Shown in pieces: positions 48,704-58,441 of a stretch of DNA of 64,000 bases (positions are counted from its first letter, which is position 1; the number at the start of each line of letters is the position of its first letter). The notes below the pieces were generated by a model that was not told where the DNA came from, did not search any database, and was given only the letters and a program-made list of their open reading frames with translations. Source of the stretch: Vicinamibacteria bacterium. Lineage in GTDB: Bacteria > Acidobacteriota > Vicinamibacteria > Marinacidobacterales > Marinacidobacteraceae. Location: NCBI GenBank assembly GCA_963555995.3, contig OY821641.1, positions 704,001 to 768,000 on the forward strand, given 5' to 3'. A program made the translations under genes and the position numbers.

Positions 48704-50206
48704 TTACTGGCCCGGGGGGATGACTTCCAGGGTGAGGGGGTCGCGGTCGGGGAGGTGGGTGATGGCGCCGTTCAGGAGGTCGGCCATGGTGGCGCGGCCC
48801 TCGGGGTCGCCGGGGGCGATGTCGTCCCAGATGCCGACCACGAGCATGACCATCTGGTCGGGCTGCAGGTACTTCCGGGCCGCCGCGAGCACGTCGTCGG
48901 TGGTCACCGCCTGGATCTGTTCGCGCCAGCGGGTCCAGTAGCCGTGGTCGCGGCCGAGGAACGCGTCGTTCGCGAAGATGCCGGCCCGGGCGCCGGCGCT
49001 CTCGAAGCGGCGCGGGAAGCTGTCCACGAGCGAACGCTTCGCGAGCGCCAGCTCCTCGGCCGAGACCGCCTCGTCGCGCATCCGGCGGACCTCCTCCAGC
49101 GCGATCGCCGCGGCCAGCGCCACCGTCTCGCTCTTCGACTGGTAGCCCAGCGAATACGCGCTCGGCCCCAGCGGGTTGAAGCCGAAGCGGCCGCCGGCGC
49201 CGTAGGCGAGCCCCTCGTCGGAGCGGATGCGCTGCATCAGCCGGGAGGTGAAGCCGCTCGCGCCCAGGATGTGGTCCATGACCTGGATGGCGGCGCGCTC
49301 GGGGTTTGACCAGTCGTCCCAGCGGGGCGCGAGGTTGCCGATCCGCACCTTGCCCTGCGGGATGTCCTTCTCGACGTGGTAGATGCCCGGCGCCGGAGCC
49401 TCGTTCTCGTGCGGCGGCGGCCAGGGGACGTCCGCCGCGTCGTCCGCCGCGGGCCAGGCCGCGAGCCGCTCCTCCAGCTCCGCCAGGATCTCCGCGGTGT
49501 CCACGTCCCCGGAGACCGACCAGACCATGTGCTCCGGCCGCCAGTGGCGGCGGTGGAAGTCCCGCAGGTCCTCCGGGGTGATCGCGTCGAGGTGGGCCAC
49601 CGTCATCTGCCGGCCGAGGTAGGTGTCCGGCCCGTAGAGCAGCCGGGACCACTCCCGCGACAGCAGGCGGTCGCCGTCGTCGTTCCGCTGTTTCAGGTCC
49701 TCCCGGACGTTCTCCTGCCGCACCGCGAACCGGGCCTCGTCGAACCGCGGCCGCGTGAGCACGTCGAAGAAGAGGTCGAGGCTCTCCCCGAACGCCGGGG
49801 TGATGGTGCGGAGCGCGGCGCGCGCCTCGGTGTCGCGCGAGGAGGTCGAGATCTGCGCGGCGAGGAACTCGATCCGCTCGTCCAGTTCTTCCGGGCTGCG
49901 GTCGCCGGCCCCGCCCTCGCGCATCATCCGCGCGGTCAGCGACGAGAGTCCCACGCGCTCCGCGGGGTCGAGGAAGCTCCCGATCCGCAGGGTCACCCCC
50001 ATGCGGATCAGCGGCAGGGTGTGGTCCTCGACGACGACCACCGGGACGCCGCTGCTCAGCGTGTGGTGGTAGTCGCTCCCGTCGGGGACCTCGAAGACGA
50101 AGTCGGGGAAGACCAGTTCCTCGGGCCGGTCGGGGATGTCCTGCGCGGCGGCGGGAAGCCCTGCCATCAGGAGGGCAAGCAGAATCGAGGCTGTTCGGCG
50201 CTTCAT
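48704..50206 (-). CDS. M16 peptidase family, non-catalytic-type subunit
   Basis: Signal peptide; EDHTLP, SRLMQRIRSDEGLAY; no HXXEH. Confidence 0.85.
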   Translation of the reverse strand: MKRRTASILLALLMAGLPAAAQDIPDRPEELVFPDFVFEVPDGSDYHHTLSSGVPVVVVEDHTLPLIRMGVTLRIGSFLDPAERVGLSSLTARMMREGGAGDRSPEELDERIEFLAAQISTSSRDTEARAALRTITPAFGESLDLFFDVLTRPRFDEARFAVRQENVREDLKQRNDDGDRLLSREWSRLLYGPDTYLGRQMTVAHLDAITPEDLRDFHRRHWRPEHMVWSVSGDVDTAEILAELEERLAAWPAADDAADVPWPPPHENEAPAPGIYHVEKDIPQGKVRIGNLAPRWDDWSNPERAAIQVMDHILGASGFTSRLMQRIRSDEGLAYGAGGRFGFNPLGPSAYSLGYQSKSETVALAAAIALEEVRRMRDEAVSAEELALAKRSLVDSFPRRFESAGARAGIFANDAFLGRDHGYWTRWREQIQAVTTDDVLAAARKYLQPDQMVMLVVGIWDDIAPGDPEGRATMADLLNGAITHLPDRDPLTLEVIPPGQ

Positions 50207-51960
50207 CGTGCCTCTCCTTCCTCCGGAAGCTCGGCGATCCGCTCCCGGATCACCTGCTCCACGTACTGGAGCGCCCCCTGCATCTGCGGCGGCGCCTGTC
50301 CCATCAGCTGGCCGAACTGGGCGAGCATGCCCTCCAGCGCGGCCCGGTCGGTGGACCCCCGGATCTGCCGGATCTGGGCCATGACCTGCTGCCGGACCGG
50401 CCCGGGCAGGTCCGCGAGCTCGGCCGGGACCTCCTCGGCGGCGGCGCCCGCCTTCCGGGTGTAGTGGGCGACCGCCCGGTTGGTGGGCACGAGGTACTTC
50501 GCGGCCACCCGCTGGACGTCCTCCCCGGTCACCGCGAGGGTCCGGTCCGCCCAGGTGTTGATGTACTCCCAGTCGCCGAGCGAGTCGTAAACGAGGAGCT
50601 GGACCAGCAGGAAGAAGCCGCCGTCGAGCCGCTCCCAGGCCGCCGCCGAGACCTGGTTCTTGACCTTCTGGATCTCCTCGGCGGGGATCGGCTCCTCGAC
50701 GATCCGCCGGAGCTCGCGCTCGATGGCGGCTTCGAGCTGGTCCGGCGTCGCGTCGCCCTTCGCCTCGGCGGTGATCTCGATCAGCCCCGCCCACTTGCGG
50801 TTCTGCTGGAACGCCGCCGCCGAACTCGCGATCTCGTCCCCGAGCACCATGGTCTTGTAGAGCCGCCCGGTGCGCCCGTTCAGCAACCCGGCGAGCACGT
50901 CGAGCGCGTACTGGTCGCGGTGCCGGAAGGGCACCGTGTGGTAGCGGACCGCGACCTGCGGCTGGCAGTCGCAGGCGGCGTCGAGGCGCTTCCCGGCGTT
51001 CGCCTCCATCTCCAGGGTGACGACGTCGGGGGCCTCGGGTCCCGTTGCGAGGCGGCCGAAGTACTTCTCGGCGAGCGCCTTCGCCTCGTCGAGGTCGAAG
51101 TTGCCGACGAGGGCGCCGGTGAGGTTCCCGGGGGCGTAGTAGGTGTCGTAGAACTCCTCGGCCTGGGCGAGGGTGAAGACCCGGAGGTCCGACGGCCAGC
51201 CGATAACCGGCCACGAATAGGGGTGCGACTGCCAGAACATGGCCTCGAACGCCTCGTCGAACTCGCCGGTGGGGGTGGACTCGGTGCGGAGTCGGCGCTC
51301 CTCGTGGACCACGTCGCGCTCGGCGTAGAACTCGCGGAAGACGGGGCGCAGGAGCCGCTCGGACTCCATCCAGAACCAGAGCTCCAGCCGGTTCTGGGGG
51401 ACGGTGATGAAGTAGACCGTCTGGTCGTGGGAGGTGAAGGCGTTCATGCCGGTGGCGCCCGCCTCGGTGTAGATGCGGTCGAACTCGTCCTTGACCATGA
51501 GCGTCCGCTGTTCCTCGACGAGCGCGTCGAACTGCTCGCGGAGCGTCACCATTTCTTCGGGCAGGTCCTCCTGGCCGAAGGGGTCCTCGATCTCGCCGAG
51601 CCGGGCGGCGGCGCGCCGGTCCCGGTAGATCGCCCGGATCTGCTCCTGGATCGCCTCCTGTTCCTCGATGATGGCCTGGTCCCGCTCGGCGTCGGAGGTG
51701 CCGACGGTGGGGGTGCCCTTGAACATCATGTGCTCGAAGAAGTGGCTCATCCCGGTGATCCCGGGACGTTCGTTGGCGGAGCCGACGTGGGCCGCCCAGC
51801 CGGCGGACACGGTGGTCATTTCGGGGCGGACGACCGCGAGGAAGCGCATCCCGTTCGCGAGGGTGAACTCCTCCACGGGGACCGCCGCCTGGGCGAACAG
51901 CGGGGCGGGCGTCGCCAGCGCCAGGGCGAGCGCGGCCAACCGAAAAATCGGATGTTGCAT
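50203..51960 (-). CDS. M16 (pitrilysin-family) zinc peptidase, catalytic subunit
   Basis: HFFEHMMFKG (HXXEH), NAFT..DQTVY, ERDVVHEERR. Confidence 0.9.
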   Translation of the reverse strand: MQHPIFRLAALALALATPAPLFAQAAVPVEEFTLANGMRFLAVVRPEMTTVSAGWAAHVGSANERPGITGMSHFFEHMMFKGTPTVGTSDAERDQAIIEEQEAIQEQIRAIYRDRRAAARLGEIEDPFGQEDLPEEMVTLREQFDALVEEQRTLMVKDEFDRIYTEAGATGMNAFTSHDQTVYFITVPQNRLELWFWMESERLLRPVFREFYAERDVVHEERRLRTESTPTGEFDEAFEAMFWQSHPYSWPVIGWPSDLRVFTLAQAEEFYDTYYAPGNLTGALVGNFDLDEAKALAEKYFGRLATGPEAPDVVTLEMEANAGKRLDAACDCQPQVAVRYHTVPFRHRDQYALDVLAGLLNGRTGRLYKTMVLGDEIASSAAAFQQNRKWAGLIEITAEAKGDATPDQLEAAIERELRRIVEEPIPAEEIQKVKNQVSAAAWERLDGGFFLLVQLLVYDSLGDWEYINTWADRTLAVTGEDVQRVAAKYLVPTNRAVAHYTRKAGAAAEEVPAELADLPGPVRQQVMAQIRQIRGSTDRAALEGMLAQFGQLMGQAPPQMQGALQYVEQVIRERIAELPEEGEAR

Positions 51961-52054
51961 AAGGCGAGGATGGTAGCGAAGGCCCGGGGTTGACCGGGTC
52001 TTCCACTGCTACGATATTCGGCTCGCCCGGGTTCGCCGGGCGCGGGGGAATCGA

Positions 52055-53818
52055 ATGAATCTGAGGCTTGGGAACCGCGAGCGCGCGCGCCATTCTCGAA
52101 AGGGCATGCTGGCGGCGCTCCTTCCGGCGCTGCTGCTGGCCCTGCCGCTCACCGCCAGCTTCGCGGGAGCGGAGAGCGCCGCGGTCCGCGCCCGCCAGGG
52201 CATGGTGGTCTCGCAGAGCGCGATCTCCTCCGAGGTGGGCGCCCAGGTGCTGCGCGACGGCGGGAACGCGGTGGACGCCGCGGTGGCGACCGCCTTCGCG
52301 CTCGCGGTGACCCATCCCACCGCCGGGAACATCGGGGGCGGCGGGTTCCTCGTCTGGCGGCCCGCGAGCGGGGCGCCGCTCGCCTACGACTTCCGGGAGA
52401 AGGCTCCCGCCGCGGCGCATCCCGAGATGTGGCTCGACGAGGACGGCGAGTACAGCTTCCGGATCCACCACCTGAGCCACCGGGCGGTGGGGGTCCCGGG
52501 GACGGTGGCGGGTCTCCGCCTCGCGTGGGAAGAGCAGGGGACGATGCCGTGGGCGCGCCTCGTGCGGCCGGCGGTGGAGCTGGCCCGCGACGGGTTCCGG
52601 ATCTCGCACGGCCTCGCCGGATCGCTGGCGCGGGTGCTCGAGCGGATGGCGCCCTATCCGGCCTCGGTGGCGCAGTTCTCGAAGGAGGGGACTCCCTACG
52701 AACCCGGCGAGGTCCTCCGCCAGCCCGACCTGGCCGCCAGCCTCGACCGGATCCTCGAGAGCGGGGCGGTGGGGTTCTACGAGGGGGAGACCGCCGAACT
52801 CCTGGCCGCCGAGATGGCCGCGAACGACGGCCTCATCACCCTCGAGGACCTGAAGAACTACCGCGCGGTGGTCCGGGAGCCCATCCGGGGCGAGTACCGG
52901 GGCTACGAGATCCTCTCGATGCCCCCGCCGAGCTCGGGGGGCACGGCGCTGGTCCAGATGCTGAACATCCTCGAGGGCTACGACCTCGCCGGGAACGGGT
53001 TCGGCTCGGCGGCGAACCTGCACGTGATGGCGGAGGCGATGCGGCGGGCCTACTCGGACCGGGCGCTGCACCTCGGCGACCCGGACTTCAACCCCGGGAT
53101 CCCCATCGCCCGGCTGACCTCGAAGGACTACGCCGAGGATCTCCGCGCCACGATCCATGAGGAGCGGGCGTCGGTCTCCTCGCCCTCGAGCTTCGAGTGG
53201 ACGACGGAGAGCAGCGAGACCACCCACTTCTCGGTGGTGGACAGGGACCGGAACGCGGTCTCCCTGACCTACACGCTGGAGTTCGGCTACGGGTCGGGCA
53301 TCGTGGTGCCGGGGGCGGGCTTCCTGCTCAACAACGAGATGGGCGACTTCAACGGGGCGCCGGGGCTCACCAACGAGCGGGGGCTGATCGGCACCGACCC
53401 GAACCTCGCGGAGCCGAACAAGCGGATGCTCTCCAGCATGAGCCCGACCATCGTGGCGAAGGACGGGGAGCTGTTCATGGTCACCGGAACGCCGGGCGGA
53501 CGGACCATCATCAACACGGTGATGCAGACCATCCTGAACGTGGTGGACCACGGCATGAACGCCCAGGAAGCGGTGGACGCCGGCCGGATGCACCACCAGT
53601 GGCTCCCGGACCAGATCCGCTACGAGAAGCAGATGTTCTCGCCGGACACGCTCTCGATCCTGGAGTCCTACGGCCACCGGCTGAGCGAGACCGAGGCGCA
53701 GGGCGCCGCCGAGGTGATCGTGGTCCTTCGTGACGAGGGCGTCCTCGAGGGCGGGGTGGACCAGCGCCGCGCCGACGGCGGGGCCGCGGTCCACGACGAG
53801 GACCCGTCGGAGAACTGA
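52055..53818 (+). CDS. ggt: Gamma-glutamyltransferase
   Basis: GGNAVDAAVA, DFREKAP, ETTHFSV, LNNEMGDF, LSSMSPT, GTPGG; true start may be at ~52106. Confidence 0.93.
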   Translation: MNLRLGNRERARHSRKGMLAALLPALLLALPLTASFAGAESAAVRARQGMVVSQSAISSEVGAQVLRDGGNAVDAAVATAFALAVTHPTAGNIGGGGFLVWRPASGAPLAYDFREKAPAAAHPEMWLDEDGEYSFRIHHLSHRAVGVPGTVAGLRLAWEEQGTMPWARLVRPAVELARDGFRISHGLAGSLARVLERMAPYPASVAQFSKEGTPYEPGEVLRQPDLAASLDRILESGAVGFYEGETAELLAAEMAANDGLITLEDLKNYRAVVREPIRGEYRGYEILSMPPPSSGGTALVQMLNILEGYDLAGNGFGSAANLHVMAEAMRRAYSDRALHLGDPDFNPGIPIARLTSKDYAEDLRATIHEERASVSSPSSFEWTTESSETTHFSVVDRDRNAVSLTYTLEFGYGSGIVVPGAGFLLNNEMGDFNGAPGLTNERGLIGTDPNLAEPNKRMLSSMSPTIVAKDGELFMVTGTPGGRTIINTVMQTILNVVDHGMNAQEAVDAGRMHHQWLPDQIRYEKQMFSPDTLSILESYGHRLSETEAQGAAEVIVVLRDEGVLEGGVDQRRADGGAAVHDEDPSEN

Positions 53819-53847
53819 CTCCCGCAACTGGGAAGGGGGGATTCGTG

Positions 53848-54390
53848 ATGTCCTCAAGCAAGCGTTTCGCGGCGGTGTCGCTCGCCGCCACCCTCGCCGT
53901 GCCGGCCGCCGGCGCGGCCCAGGACCCCGATTTCTCCGGGGTCTACAACTTCGTCGAGATCTCCGACCGGCTCTCGACCTCCGGCCAGATCTCCCTCGAC
54001 GACATCGAGGCGGTGGACGCCGCCGGCTTCGACGTGGTGGTGAACCTCGCGCCCGCCCGCTGGGAGCGGAACTTCGAGGAGGGCTTCCGGGTGACGCAGG
54101 CGGGGATGACCTACATCCAGATCCCGGTGGACTGGCAGGACCCCTCGCTGCGGGACCTCGAGCTGTTCTTCGACGTGATGGAGGCGAACGAGGACCGGAA
54201 CGTCTACGTCCACTGCTTCGCCAACATGCGGGTCTCGGTCTTCGTCTACCTCTACCGGACGCTCCGCCAGGGGATGTCCGAGGACGCGGCCTGGCAGGAC
54301 GTCCTCAAGGTCTGGGACCCGCACACCAATCCGTCCACCCCCCAGTGGCCCCGCTTCATCACCGCCGCACAGGAGAAATTCGGCGGCTGA
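53848..54390 (+). CDS. Secreted tyrosine-phosphatase-like (DUF442/BLH-type) protein
   Basis: Signal peptide; TSGQ, VVNL, VHCFANMR CX5R-like motif. Confidence 0.75.
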   Translation: MSSSKRFAAVSLAATLAVPAAGAAQDPDFSGVYNFVEISDRLSTSGQISLDDIEAVDAAGFDVVVNLAPARWERNFEEGFRVTQAGMTYIQIPVDWQDPSLRDLELFFDVMEANEDRNVYVHCFANMRVSVFVYLYRTLRQGMSEDAAWQDVLKVWDPHTNPSTPQWPRFITAAQEKFGG

Positions 54391-54413
54391 CCCCCCCGGC
54401 CTGGACCGCCGGT

Positions 54414-54672
54414 CAGTTGCTGCGAAAATGCAGTCTCGCCGAGACGTCCGTTAGCGCAAGTCGCACCGCTGGCTGGGAGCGCCGGTCTTCAGACCGGCAC
54501 GCGCTGCGCCAGAGCGCAGCGCACCGCACGACGCTGACCTGCGCGGTGGCGTTCTGCTTTCGATTCATCAACGCGAACGGTGACACGACATCCGCGGGCC
54601 TTCGGCCCGCGGTGCCGGTCTGAAGACCGGCGCTCCCAGCCGTCTCCACCGTTTTCACGCCCGGTGGGGTGT
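54414..54672 (+). mobile_element. Composite REPIN-like element, right flank truncated
   Basis: CAGTTGCTGCGAAAATGCAG + REP pair + GTTTTCACGCCCGGTGGGGTGT. Confidence 0.8.
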
Positions 54673-55067
54673 CCGCCGACCCGTCGAGCGCACGCTGCCT
54701 AATGCAGGAGTACGCATCGCTCTCTGGACGCCCGCGCATGAGCTTGGAGGAAGCCGTGCAACTGGAAGGTGTGAGGTCCGCAGAGCCCCTGCACCGGGCG
54801 AAGAGTGACGCCCTGACGGCATTGGCAGTGATGCGGGCCGTCGTCGAGCACGGCGACCAACTGCCTGTAGGTTGGCAACCAGGGGTCGGCGGACCCTCGC
54901 GGGCGACTTGGCGCGCCGATCCCTCGACGGAAAAGCAGATTTCGTACGCGCTGTCCCTTCTCGAAAGAACCGGCAGAGAGGACGAATACGAATTCGAGGA
55001 TCTCGAAGCGATGAGCAAAGGCGAGATCTCGGAGTTGATCGACGAACTGAAGGCTGAAACCCGCTGA
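54673..55067 (+). pseudogene. 3' remnant of a DEDDh 3'-5' exonuclease with a small C-terminal domain
   Basis: HRAKSDA ExoIII motif; STEKQISY...SKGEISELID tail; N-terminal half replaced by the repeat. Confidence 0.55.
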
Positions 55068-55260
55068 TTGCAACTTCCCACTGGGGACAGGCGCTATCGG
55101 GCCATCCAGCCCGACGCGCTTTGCGGGCCCGTGGCCCGCGTGCCGACCGGAGGTCGGCGTTCCAGGCCGTTGCGCCAGCGCGGCGGAGTGAGGTCCGCGC
55201 TGCCGCCCGCCTGCGGCGGGCTGTGCCGGCTGAAGCCGGCGCTCCAAGCCGTCGGCGCCG

Positions 55261-56250
55261 CTACGACGCGCTGCGGAGGGTGCGCTCGGCTTCGGAGAGG
55301 CCGTCGAGGTCCGGCACGACCAGCGTGCCGCAGCCCTCGGGAGTGAAGACCTCGAGGAGCACGCTGTCGGGGGTTCCCGCCGGGAGGACGTGGGCGCGGG
55401 TCACCCCGGCTTCGAGGGCCTTGCGGATGCAGAGGGCCTTGGGGAGCATGCCGGTGCGGATGGCGCCCGCGGCGCGCAGCTCCTCCAGTCCGGCGAGGTC
55501 CACGAAGGAGACCACGCTGTCCGGGTCCTCGGGGTCGGCCAGCAGGCCGGGCGCCTCGCCCAGCAGGATCAGCTTCTCGGCGCCGAGCGCCACCGCGAGC
55601 GCCGAGGCGACGGTGTCGGCGTTGATGTTCAGGAGGGTTCCGGCCTCGTCGGCTGAAATGGGGCTCACTACCGGGAGCGCGCCGATGCCGAGCAGCCGCT
55701 CGAGGAGGCCGCCGTCCACCCCGTCAATGTCGCCGACGTAGCCGTAGTCCACCGTCTCCTCGGCGGTCCCCTCCTTCACCTTCACCGGCGGCCGGCGGTG
55801 CGCCCGGATGAGTCCGGCGTCCACCCCCGACAGCCCGATCGCGGGCAGGTCGAAGTCCCGGCAGGCGGCGAGGATGCGGGTGTTGATCTCGCCGTTCAGG
55901 ACCATGGTGGTGACCCGGAGGGCCTCCGAGTCGGTGACCCGGCGCCCCCCGACGAAGCGCGTGCGGACCCCGAGCTTTTGGGACAGCTCGGTGGACTGCG
56001 GGCCGCCCCCGTGGACGAGCACCACCCGGATGCCGAACTCGAAGAGGAGCGCCACCTGCTCCACGAGGTCGCGGATGCTCGCCTCCGCGGCGACCGCCGC
56101 GCCGCCGGTCTTGATGACGAAGGTCTTGCCGCCGAAGCGCTTCAGGTACGGCGCCGCGTGGCGGAGCGCCCGGACCCGGGTTTGATTGTCCTTTCGCAGC
56201 CATGCCGGGCGGCGCTGGCGGTCTGGAGACCGGCGCTCCAGGCCGCTCAT
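55261..56250 (-). CDS. argB: Acetylglutamate kinase
   Basis: VIKTGG, VHGGGP, GRRVTD, NINAD, GMLPK; ATGA overlap with the argF' stop. Confidence 0.93.
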   Translation of the reverse strand: MSGLERRSPDRQRRPAWLRKDNQTRVRALRHAAPYLKRFGGKTFVIKTGGAAVAAEASIRDLVEQVALLFEFGIRVVLVHGGGPQSTELSQKLGVRTRFVGGRRVTDSEALRVTTMVLNGEINTRILAACRDFDLPAIGLSGVDAGLIRAHRRPPVKVKEGTAEETVDYGYVGDIDGVDGGLLERLLGIGALPVVSPISADEAGTLLNINADTVASALAVALGAEKLILLGEAPGLLADPEDPDSVVSFVDLAGLEELRAAGAIRTGMLPKALCIRKALEAGVTRAHVLPAGTPDSVLLEVFTPEGCGTLVVPDLDGLSEAERTLRSAS

Positions 56251-57245
56251 GACAGCATCCGGTGGAGCGCCGCCATCTGCGTCCACATGCGGTTCTCGGC
56301 CTGCCCGACCACGGCGCTCCGCGGCCCGTCGAGCACCGCTCCGGCCACCACCACGCCCCGGCGCACCGGGAGGCAGTGGAGGAAACGGCAATCGTCCCGG
56401 GCGCCGGCGAACCAGCCCTCGTCCACCGTCCAGCCGGAGAGCCCGGCGCGCAGCGCGAGGTCCGCCTCCGGGTCGCCGTAGTGCCGGGTCGAGGCCCACG
56501 ACTTGGCGTAGAGCGCGTGGGCGCCCTCCATCGCCCCGGCGGGGTCGTCGCTCTCCCGGACCGACCCGCCCGACGCGGCGGCGAGCCGGCCCGCCTGCGC
56601 CATGACGCTCTCGGGCAGCTCGTAGCCCTCGGGCCGCAGCACGGTCACCTCCATGCCGCGCATCGCCGCCATCCGCAGGGTGTCGGAGGCCACCGCGAGG
56701 GGCAGGGGATGCGGGTGCTGGGTCCAGGAGAGCACGAGGCGGCCGCCCGCCGCCGGGATCCCGAGATCGTCGAGTGTCCGCCAGTCGGCGAGCGACTGGC
56801 AGGGGTGGCGCGCGGCGGACTCCATGTTGAGGAACGGCTTGCCGCAGAGCCCCCGGATCAACTCGAAGCGCGCGTCGGCGAGGTCCTCGGCGAGGTCGCG
56901 CTGGGCGGCGAAGGCCCGCACCCCAAGCGCGTCCCCGTAGGACGCGAGCACCGGCGCCGCCTCGGCGATGTTCTCGGCGGTCTCCCCGTCCATCACCGCG
57001 TCCGGGTCGAACTCCAGCTTGTGGATGAACCGGTCCGGGGCGATCACGAACGAGCCCCCGCCGAGCCGCGCCATCCCGGCCTGGAAGGACGCCTGGGTCC
57101 GCAGCGAGGGGTTCAGGAACAGGAGCGCCAGCACCTTCCCCTCGAGCGCCCGCGGTTCGGGCCGCTCGCGGAGGCGGCCGGCGAGCGCGACCAGCTCGCG
57201 GATCCCGTCCGCTCCCAGGTCCTCGAGCCGGTGGACTTCGCGCAT
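56247..57245 (-). CDS. argF: N-acetylornithine carbamoyltransferase (ArgF'-type)
   Basis: NPSLRT, NMESA..HPCQ, YAKSW, HCLPVRR (AOTCase-type signature). Confidence 0.88.
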   Translation of the reverse strand: MREVHRLEDLGADGIRELVALAGRLRERPEPRALEGKVLALLFLNPSLRTQASFQAGMARLGGGSFVIAPDRFIHKLEFDPDAVMDGETAENIAEAAPVLASYGDALGVRAFAAQRDLAEDLADARFELIRGLCGKPFLNMESAARHPCQSLADWRTLDDLGIPAAGGRLVLSWTQHPHPLPLAVASDTLRMAAMRGMEVTVLRPEGYELPESVMAQAGRLAAASGGSVRESDDPAGAMEGAHALYAKSWASTRHYGDPEADLALRAGLSGWTVDEGWFAGARDDCRFLHCLPVRRGVVVAGAVLDGPRSAVVGQAENRMWTQMAALHRMLS

Positions 57246-57256
57246 CGCCGCGGCCC

Positions 57257-58402
57257 TCAGGCGGGGACCTCCGCGAGCGCCGCGACCAGCGCGTCCACGT
57301 GCGCGTCCTCGAGCACCAGGGGCGGCATCAGCCGGAGCGCCGCCGGGTCGGTCGAGGTCCCCGAGAAGATGCCCCGCTCGAGGAGCGCGTTCCGCACCTC
57401 CTTCGCCGGCCGGGAACAGACGAGGCCGAGCAGGAAGCCGCGGCCCTGGATCCGCCGGACCGGGCCGACGACGGCTTCGTTCCGGATCCGGTCCGAGAGC
57501 CGCCGCACCCGCGCGAGCAGGTCCTCCTCGCGGATCACCCGGATGACGGTGGCGATCAGCGCGCTGGCGACCGGGCCGCCCCCGAAGGTGGTCCCGAAGG
57601 ACCCCATCGGCAGGCCGCCCGCGAGCTCCTCGCTCGCGAGCACCGCCCCCGCCGGGAAGCCGCCGGCGAGCGCCTTCGCCGTCGTCAGCAGGTCGGGACG
57701 CACCCCGGACCACTCGCAGGCGAAGGGCCGGCCGCTGCGGCCCATGCCGCACTGCACCTCGTCGAAGACGAGGAGCGCGCCGGCGGCGTCGCACGCCTCC
57801 CGCGCGGCCTCGAGGAAGCCGCCCGAGAGGTCCACCGCGCCCGCCATCCCGAGGACGGGCTCCATGATGACCGCCGCGACCCGGGAATCCACCGCGGCGG
57901 CGAGCGCTGCCGGGTCCTCCCGGGGGACCGTCCGCACCCGGAACGGGGTCTCGGGGAAGGCGTACCACTTCGCGGAGCCGTCGGTGACGGCCGAGGCCGC
58001 CGCGGTGCGGCCGTGGAAGCCGCCGGTGAGCGCCACCACCGTGTCCCGTCCCGGACGGGCGCGGAAGGCCAGCCGCAGGGCGTTCTCGTTCGCCTCGGCG
58101 CCGCTGCTCACGAAGAACGCGCGGTCGAGCCCGTCCGGGGCGAAGTCCACCAGCGCGTCGCCGGCGGCGGCGCGTTCGGGACTCGGGATCGCGGTGGTCT
58201 GGAAGAAGAGGCGGGTGGCCGTCTCCTCGAGGCAGCGGAGGATCGCCGGGTGGCGGTAGCCGAGCCCGGCGACCGCGTGGCCGCCGTAGAAATCAATGAG
58301 CTCCCGGCCGTCGGCCGTCTTCAACAGGACGCCTTCCCCCGAGACCACCTCCAGGGGGAGCTGGGGATAGACGGGGAACAGCGTCGGGGATTCGGCGGAC
58401 AT
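57257..58402 (-). CDS. argD: Acetylornithine aminotransferase
   Basis: SGAEANE, FHGRT, FDEVQCG, AKALAGG, TTFGG. Confidence 0.9.
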   Translation of the reverse strand: MSAESPTLFPVYPQLPLEVVSGEGVLLKTADGRELIDFYGGHAVAGLGYRHPAILRCLEETATRLFFQTTAIPSPERAAAGDALVDFAPDGLDRAFFVSSGAEANENALRLAFRARPGRDTVVALTGGFHGRTAAASAVTDGSAKWYAFPETPFRVRTVPREDPAALAAAVDSRVAAVIMEPVLGMAGAVDLSGGFLEAAREACDAAGALLVFDEVQCGMGRSGRPFACEWSGVRPDLLTTAKALAGGFPAGAVLASEELAGGLPMGSFGTTFGGGPVASALIATVIRVIREEDLLARVRRLSDRIRNEAVVGPVRRIQGRGFLLGLVCSRPAKEVRNALLERGIFSGTSTDPAALRLMPPLVLEDAHVDALVAALAEVPA

Positions 58403-58441
58403 CGGGTTACGGGGGGGTTACCGGGGGTTACCGGGGGGGCG

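Noticed and set aside
47728-48723. Repetitive ORFs across the 80-bp array
   Set aside because: Translations of the non-coding REP array
50207-53857. N-terminal 1217 aa of the 1717-aa ORF 48704-53857
   Set aside because: Overlaps ggt (antisense) and the M16 catalytic gene (other frame); the real gene starts at 50206 with an RBS and signal peptide
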